Assembly: GCA_020348445.1 (NCBI GenBank)
Contig: CP070751.1
Coordinates: 190,006 to 254,005 of the forward strand
Reading direction: 5' to 3'
From: Thermoplasmata archaeon
GTDB taxonomy: Archaea > Thermoplasmatota > Thermoplasmata > GCA-020350865
Length of the DNA: 64,000 nt
In this document: piece after piece, positions 59,046 through 64,000 of the stretch
Position numbering within the stretch: position 1 is the first letter of the stretch
Layout: the number at the start of each line of letters is the position of its first letter
Made by a program: the position numbers and the translations under genes
Notes under the pieces: generated by a model
What the model was told of the DNA's origin: nothing
What the model saw: the letters and a program-made list of their open reading frames with translations, nothing else
Database searches by the model: none

Positions 59046-59345
59046 TTATCCTGCGATATGTTTTCTACATCTTGCACATATGATTTTGCACTCTTTACCA
59101 CATTTTTGACATGTGCCTATTAAAAATCGTTCAGTAACAGGTGCGCGGCAGCACTCCGAGATGACATCGACCAATTCTCCACAATAGCTGCATCTATGCT
59201 TTTTACCCTGCTTAAGCCCGTGCTTTCTAAAATAGTAAAGGTATATCAAGAAAATAATAAAAAGTATGATAGCTAGAACTATTGCGTATATACAAAGGTT
59301 CCCCAGGGGTAAATCTGTCCCGTTATCATTAATACTCAGCACCAA
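59046..59345 (-). CDS. Single-TM protein with Cys-rich (multi zinc-finger) C-terminus
   Basis: TM, then CSYC...CC...CQKC...CARC. Confidence 0.7.
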   Translation of the reverse strand: MVLSINDNGTDLPLGNLCIYAIVLAIILFIIFLIYLYYFRKHGLKQGKKHRCSYCGELVDVISECCRAPVTERFLIGTCQKCGKECKIICARCRKHIAG

Positions 59346-59527
59346 CCTAAAGATCTATATTCTGAGGATATAAATAGACTTATATAATAAAATATCTTTC
59401 CATTTTTCTTTGGATGATCATGAGAATATGATTAACAAATATGAAGATATATACTATAAAATTTAAATGATTTAAGAATAAAAATAAGCTAAAGAACGAA
59501 AAAATTTAAAATGCATAGGATATTCGG

Positions 59528-59920
59528 GTGCTGATAACAATGTCTCTTAGGCGATTTTTCACGACTTACACCCTTCAATTCGGGTTTATTCTCTTTATAC
59601 TTGGTATTATTCTTACGATACTAGGTATTTTTGGTGTGTTCTATTACGATCAAAGCCCAGATTTTCTGAAGAGAACCCTGGATTATATAGGTAATTGGAC
59701 ATATTGGTGTATACTTGTTGGCCCTATTTTGCTCATTGCAGGAGGCTGGTATTTTTTTGATAATATAAATAAAAGAAAGGAATTCAAAGAACTTTTAGAA
59801 ACCACAAGTAAGGCTAAATTCATAAGAAATCAGGATAGGGTTGAATTTCTAGCCTGGAAATTGACTCCTGAACATCAAAACCAATTGGCAGAGAAAAAGA
59901 GAAAGTTTCATATTAAGTAG
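59528..59920 (+). CDS. DUF3198-like membrane protein (Thermoplasmata-type)
   Basis: Two TMs, GNWTYWC, KRKEFKELLETTSKAKFIRNQDRVEFLAWKL. The start may be the ATG at 59540. Confidence 0.7.
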   Translation: MLITMSLRRFFTTYTLQFGFILFILGIILTILGIFGVFYYDQSPDFLKRTLDYIGNWTYWCILVGPILLIAGGWYFFDNINKRKEFKELLETTSKAKFIRNQDRVEFLAWKLTPEHQNQLAEKKRKFHIK

Positions 59921-60092
59921 TGGTTTATGTGATGAAATCCTGTAATCCAAAGAGACATTTTAAAAATTTAATGTGACAAATAATTCAAGGATTTGGGGGA
60001 ATATACGTTTAGCTGGGGGGGGCCTTTATTTCCTATGGAACTATATTTTTTATAATAAATAGATTGATATTCCCCAATCTGTTTACTAGATA

Positions 60093-61382
60093 TTGATGGT
60101 TGAGAGAAAAAAATGTATATTGATATCTTTAGATGATAATATTGATGAAATTAGTAATCTGACAACATCATTAAATTTTATTATTGAAGAAGTTTTTATA
60201 CAACATAAAGAGAAACCCAATCCAAAATACTATTTAGGTTATGGTAAAGTAAAGGAGATTAAAGAGTATTTAGAAGAGAATGATATAAAAACTGCGATCT
60301 TTAATGCATCTTTAAAACCATCTCAACAATATAATCTCGAAGGATTTTTAGAGATAACAATATATGATCGAATAAGATTGATATTGGAGATATTCTCGGA
60401 TAGGGCCCATAGTGAGGAGGCGAGATTACAGGTTGAACTTGCTAAACTACAATATGAAATTCCATTGTTAAGAGATTGGATTCACAAGGCTAGATATGGA
60501 GAGAGACCTGGATTTATGGCAGGCGGAGAATATGAGGTGGCTCAATATTATGAAATCAGTAGAAAAAGAATAAAAAAGATGAAAGAAAAGCTTAGAAAAA
60601 TAGAAAAGGAAAGAGATCTAAGAAGAAAGAAGCGAAGAAAGTTAGGATATTACCTTATAGGCATTGTTGGTTATACCAATGCTGGGAAGAGTACATTATT
60701 TAATTTAATCTCGCATGAAACTGTAAAAGTAGAGAATAGGTTATTTACCACGTTATCCACTACAACAAGAAAGATTCCCGAATTGGAAAAACCTATTTTA
60801 CTAACCGATACCGTAGGCTTGATAGATAACCTGCCACATTGGGTCATAGAGGCCTTCCATTCTACACTTGAAGAGGTATTTCTTTCAGATATTATTTTAT
60901 TAATGTTAGATATAAGTGAATCAATAGATGATATAAATAGGAAATTACAAACCAGCTTTGATATACTCCTCCCAGATTTAAATCCCTCAAATATCATTCT
61001 TGTTCTTAATAAGATTGATAAAGTAAAGGATTATGAATCTATAAATAATGAAGATAAACTACTGGATAAAATTGAAATGGATCATGAGATAAAGGATATA
61101 ATAACGATATCTGCAAAAAATGAAGATTATAAGGAAAAAGTCATTAATGTTATATTAAAATCGTTATATTATCCAATTAGTCTATCGATATTGTTACCAA
61201 ATAAATCCGAATCTCAAGGTTTTATAAGCTGGCTATATAAAAATAGTGAAATAATATCTATTGAATATGAAAATCAGATAAAGATAGAACTTAGATGTAG
61301 GAAAAGGGACGAGGGACACATAATAAAGAAATGCAAATCTTTAAATGGCAAGGTAACAAAGGATAAGGAAATAGAAACCTAA
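60093..61382 (+). CDS. hflX: GTPase HflX
   Basis: LILEIFSDRAHSEEARLQVELA, GYTNAGKS, LFTTL, DTVG, NKID, ISAK. Confidence 0.95.
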   Translation: MMVERKKCILISLDDNIDEISNLTTSLNFIIEEVFIQHKEKPNPKYYLGYGKVKEIKEYLEENDIKTAIFNASLKPSQQYNLEGFLEITIYDRIRLILEIFSDRAHSEEARLQVELAKLQYEIPLLRDWIHKARYGERPGFMAGGEYEVAQYYEISRKRIKKMKEKLRKIEKERDLRRKKRRKLGYYLIGIVGYTNAGKSTLFNLISHETVKVENRLFTTLSTTTRKIPELEKPILLTDTVGLIDNLPHWVIEAFHSTLEEVFLSDIILLMLDISESIDDINRKLQTSFDILLPDLNPSNIILVLNKIDKVKDYESINNEDKLLDKIEMDHEIKDIITISAKNEDYKEKVINVILKSLYYPISLSILLPNKSESQGFISWLYKNSEIISIEYENQIKIELRCRKRDEGHIIKKCKSLNGKVTKDKEIET

Positions 61383-61485
61383 CCCCCCTATCATCTCCAC
61401 CTGAAATAAAGGGGTCCCCTCCCAATAATATTTATAATTCCCTTTTGAATACTGATTAATCACAAATCGATCAATCTCTTCTTCT

Positions 61486-62352
61486 TTATTCATATACCTT
61501 GACCGCACTGATGTTCATAGGGAGATTCATATCTTTTGCCACAGGTTCACATTTTGTTCTTAGGAGATAGGCAATGGGTCTGTAATCTGTCTCAGAAAAT
61601 GTCTCGTAGTTGCCCATGCCCTTTGATATGATGAGATCAACATTCTCTAAAGCCTTCTTCAAATCCTCCCCCATATCTTCGAAATTCACTCCCACAGCAT
61701 AACAACCCGTGGTCAGGATCTTATCAGTCACATCCCCTATTTCAAATTCTTGAGCATCCTCCAAGGTTGCATCAGTAAGTATGGGCTGTCCCCTTACTAC
61801 AAAAGTCAGATGAACATCAAACTTTTTAATTTCCTGACACAATAGTTTGTCAAATACAATTTCACCACAATTATCTGCAAAATAGAGCACCTTTCCCCCT
61901 TTCTCAAGATATTCCCTTACCTTATCTGTCTCGTCCTTATTAAGACCCTCAGCCAATAATGTATCAAATTGCTCTGTAAGTTTCTCGGGGCTTTCTGGGC
62001 TTGAAGATATACCAAAATCAAGTACGTTGCCGATGATGGAGCAAAGAACAGCTGCCTTGAATCTGTCCTTAGAGTTGTTGATCACTTCTTGGGCCTTGGG
62101 AAGTAGTGAGACAGCAGTTTGGTTGCATCTATCCTTTATTGCTTTGTAAGGATCCCTTGTTCCAAGGATATCGTAGGTAGCATCGTGAACTTCTGTTGCA
62201 ACCACTGCGGAACATGATTCTTTTAGGTCGTACTTACTTATAATCCTACAAACCTCATTAAGAACCTCCAAAGCCTTGGAAGGGTCGATGAGGTTGGTTT
62301 CATACAATATTCTGTTGAGAAGACAGGGAACGCAACTTGGATAGATATTCAT
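61486..62352 (-). CDS. DUF89/ARMT1-like metal-dependent phosphatase
   Basis: CVPC, DPY...K..N, IGNVLDFG, ADNCGEIVFD, SKGMGNYE. Confidence 0.88.
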   Translation of the reverse strand: MNIYPSCVPCLLNRILYETNLIDPSKALEVLNEVCRIISKYDLKESCSAVVATEVHDATYDILGTRDPYKAIKDRCNQTAVSLLPKAQEVINNSKDRFKAAVLCSIIGNVLDFGISSSPESPEKLTEQFDTLLAEGLNKDETDKVREYLEKGGKVLYFADNCGEIVFDKLLCQEIKKFDVHLTFVVRGQPILTDATLEDAQEFEIGDVTDKILTTGCYAVGVNFEDMGEDLKKALENVDLIISKGMGNYETFSETDYRPIAYLLRTKCEPVAKDMNLPMNISAVKVYE

Positions 62353-62398
62353 GGATAGGGGGAAAAGCAGTGGTAATTAAAAAGATTATCCTCAAAAT

Positions 62399-63310
62399 TT
62401 AATCCTGCCTCCCAATGGCCACCATTTTGTCCAAAGGGGCCCTTGCCTTTTTAATTACTTCATCTGGTAAAATGATCCTGGGCTTTAGGTTTCTTAGGGC
62501 ATCCAACGTATTCTCAAGGGTGATCTTCTTCATGCTCGGGCAAATGGCATCTGAGATAGCGTAGAAGGTCTTATCTGGATTCTCCTTCTTAAGTCTGTGA
62601 ACCAGGCCTTCCTCTGTTCCGATAATAAACTCTTTTGAATCAGATGAAGCACAATGCTTGGCCATGCCCTCAGTGGAATACACAAAATCCGCGATATCTA
62701 TTACATCGGGACTGCATTCAGGATGAACAAGAACCTCAGCAATGGGATAAGAGGCCTTCAGATCCTGAATCTGCGCCACTGAGATATCCTGATGAACATG
62801 ACAATAACCAGGCCAGAAAATGAACTTCTTATCTGGTAAAAATCTTTGAGCATAAAGGCCGAGATTTGAATCAGGAACAAATAAAATGGTATCTTCCTCT
62901 ATGGATTTGATGACCTTCACGGCATTGGCAGATGTACAGCATATATCGGTTTCGGTTTTCACCTCAGCTGTTGTATTCACATAGCTCACCACAGTTGCCT
63001 CAGGATTCTTTTTCTTTGCCATCCTCAGCCCCTCAACATCAACCATGGCTGCCATGGGGCATTTTGCCTTGGGATTTGGATGAATTATGGTTTTTTCGGG
63101 ATTCAAGATAAGGGCAGACTCGGCCATGAAGTCCACACCACAGAAGATGATGAGATCCGATTCCACCTTGGTGGCCTTAACAGCCAGGGCTAGGGAATCA
63201 CCTACAAAATCCGCGAGGTCCTGAATCGCAGGGATTTGATAGTTATGGGCCAGTATAACGGCGTTTTTTTCCTTTTTTGCGTTTATTATATCCTCCACGA
63301 TATTTGACAT
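62399..63310 (-). CDS. nadA: Quinolinate synthase
   Basis: LAHNYQ, GDS, FCGVDFMAE, CPMA, YVNT, CHVH, HPEC, STEGM, CPSM. Confidence 0.96.
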   Translation of the reverse strand: MSNIVEDIINAKKEKNAVILAHNYQIPAIQDLADFVGDSLALAVKATKVESDLIIFCGVDFMAESALILNPEKTIIHPNPKAKCPMAAMVDVEGLRMAKKKNPEATVVSYVNTTAEVKTETDICCTSANAVKVIKSIEEDTILFVPDSNLGLYAQRFLPDKKFIFWPGYCHVHQDISVAQIQDLKASYPIAEVLVHPECSPDVIDIADFVYSTEGMAKHCASSDSKEFIIGTEEGLVHRLKKENPDKTFYAISDAICPSMKKITLENTLDALRNLKPRIILPDEVIKKARAPLDKMVAIGRQD

Positions 63311-63407
63311 TAAAAGAAGGTAATCTGAGGGTTGTATAAAAGGTTTTTTGGACCTTTTTTATGATAACCAAAACAATATATAGAAACGAGTGCAATAAGG
63401 GAAAAGC

Positions 63408-64000
63408 ATGCCTGAGGCTGAAGAGGAAGAATTGAACGCTGCTGGCGAAAGCAGGTGCATCACGGGCATCGATGGTCTTGATAGGATTTTAAATGGTGGG
63501 ATACCAAGGGGTAACACCGTTCTAATTACAGGAAGCTGTGGCACTGGCAAAACAACGTTGAGTTTCGAATTTCTACTTCATGGGGCAATACACGACGAAA
63601 ACAGCCTCTTTATCAGCGTGACCGAGAATTGGGAGAAACTCCTAAAGAACGTGATTCCATACGATTTTTTCGACGACTCGCTCCTTAAATCGAAAAAACT
63701 CATTATGATAGATTTGGGTGCCATTTACAGCAAATTGGGCCTTGAAAAGGCTGAGTTCACAATGGAGGACATCGACATCATTGTAAGGGCGATAGGAGAT
63801 ATCGTGCGAGAGTGGAGCATAAAAAGACTTGTAATAGATTCAATAACCTCCATTTGCTTCCAGCTGAAGACAAAGGAAAAGATCAGAGACTTCATATTGA
63901 GTTTGGGGAAGAATCTCTCGGAAGCGGGTTGTACATGCATTCTTGTTTCAGAGATATCACCAGGAGAGCAGAGCTACTCCATGTACGGTGTCGAGGAAGC
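63408..64000 (+). CDS. KaiC/RAD55-like RecA-superfamily ATPase (3'-truncated; not in ORF track)
   Basis: Translated from the ATG at 63408: RCITGIDGLDRILNGGIPRG, Walker A GSCGTGKT, RLVIDS. No stop before the window end. Confidence 0.9.
   Translation, partial: MPEAEEEELNAAGESRCITGIDGLDRILNGGIPRGNTVLITGSCGTGKTTLSFEFLLHGAIHDENSLFISVTENWEKLLKNVIPYDFFDDSLLKSKKLIMIDLGAIYSKLGLEKAEFTMEDIDIIVRAIGDIVREWSIKRLVIDSITSICFQLKTKEKIRDFILSLGKNLSEAGCTCILVSEISPGEQSYSMYGVEE

Noticed and set aside
63408-64000. Circadian KaiC clock
   Set aside because: Only a partial single RecA-like domain is visible and there is no kaiA or kaiB. Archaeal KaiC/RAD55-like ATPases are common.

Overview
This 64-kb window is archaeal chromosome, most likely from an uncultured Thermoplasmata lineage (inferred from CarS, Hef, Kae1/Bud32, pelota, a DUF3198-like gene and a NosD-type surface protein). 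It is mostly core genes: pyrE, pyrB/pyrI, nadA, carS, kae1, bud32, rdgB, hef, mutL, an EndoQ-like nuclease, SSB, hflX, pelota and A/V-ATPase subunit D. These are interleaved with protein-degradation genes (M14+clostripain fusion, S8, M20, M42), acyl-CoA metabolism (acetoacetate-CoA ligase, 2 thiolase-like and 2 DUF35 genes), GT2 glycosyltransferases and a 2014-aa surface protein. I saw no transposase, integrase, cas gene or CRISPR array. The most unusual structure is at 33891-34332. A tRNA-Gln(UUG) gene occupies slot 4 of a five-unit tandem array. The other four units are 61-66-nt hairpins closed by a copy of the tRNA acceptor-stem helix, with sequence-divergent but still paired middle stems and unique 20-22-nt loops. 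Other notable items are a catalytically dead M14 domain fused to an intact clostripain, a one-polypeptide CcdA/TlpA/Omp28-like redox relay, a non-canonical thiolase pair, a strand-polarised G-rich intergenic element, and several small ORFs missed by the track. All family calls come from motif recognition by eye; no searches were run.
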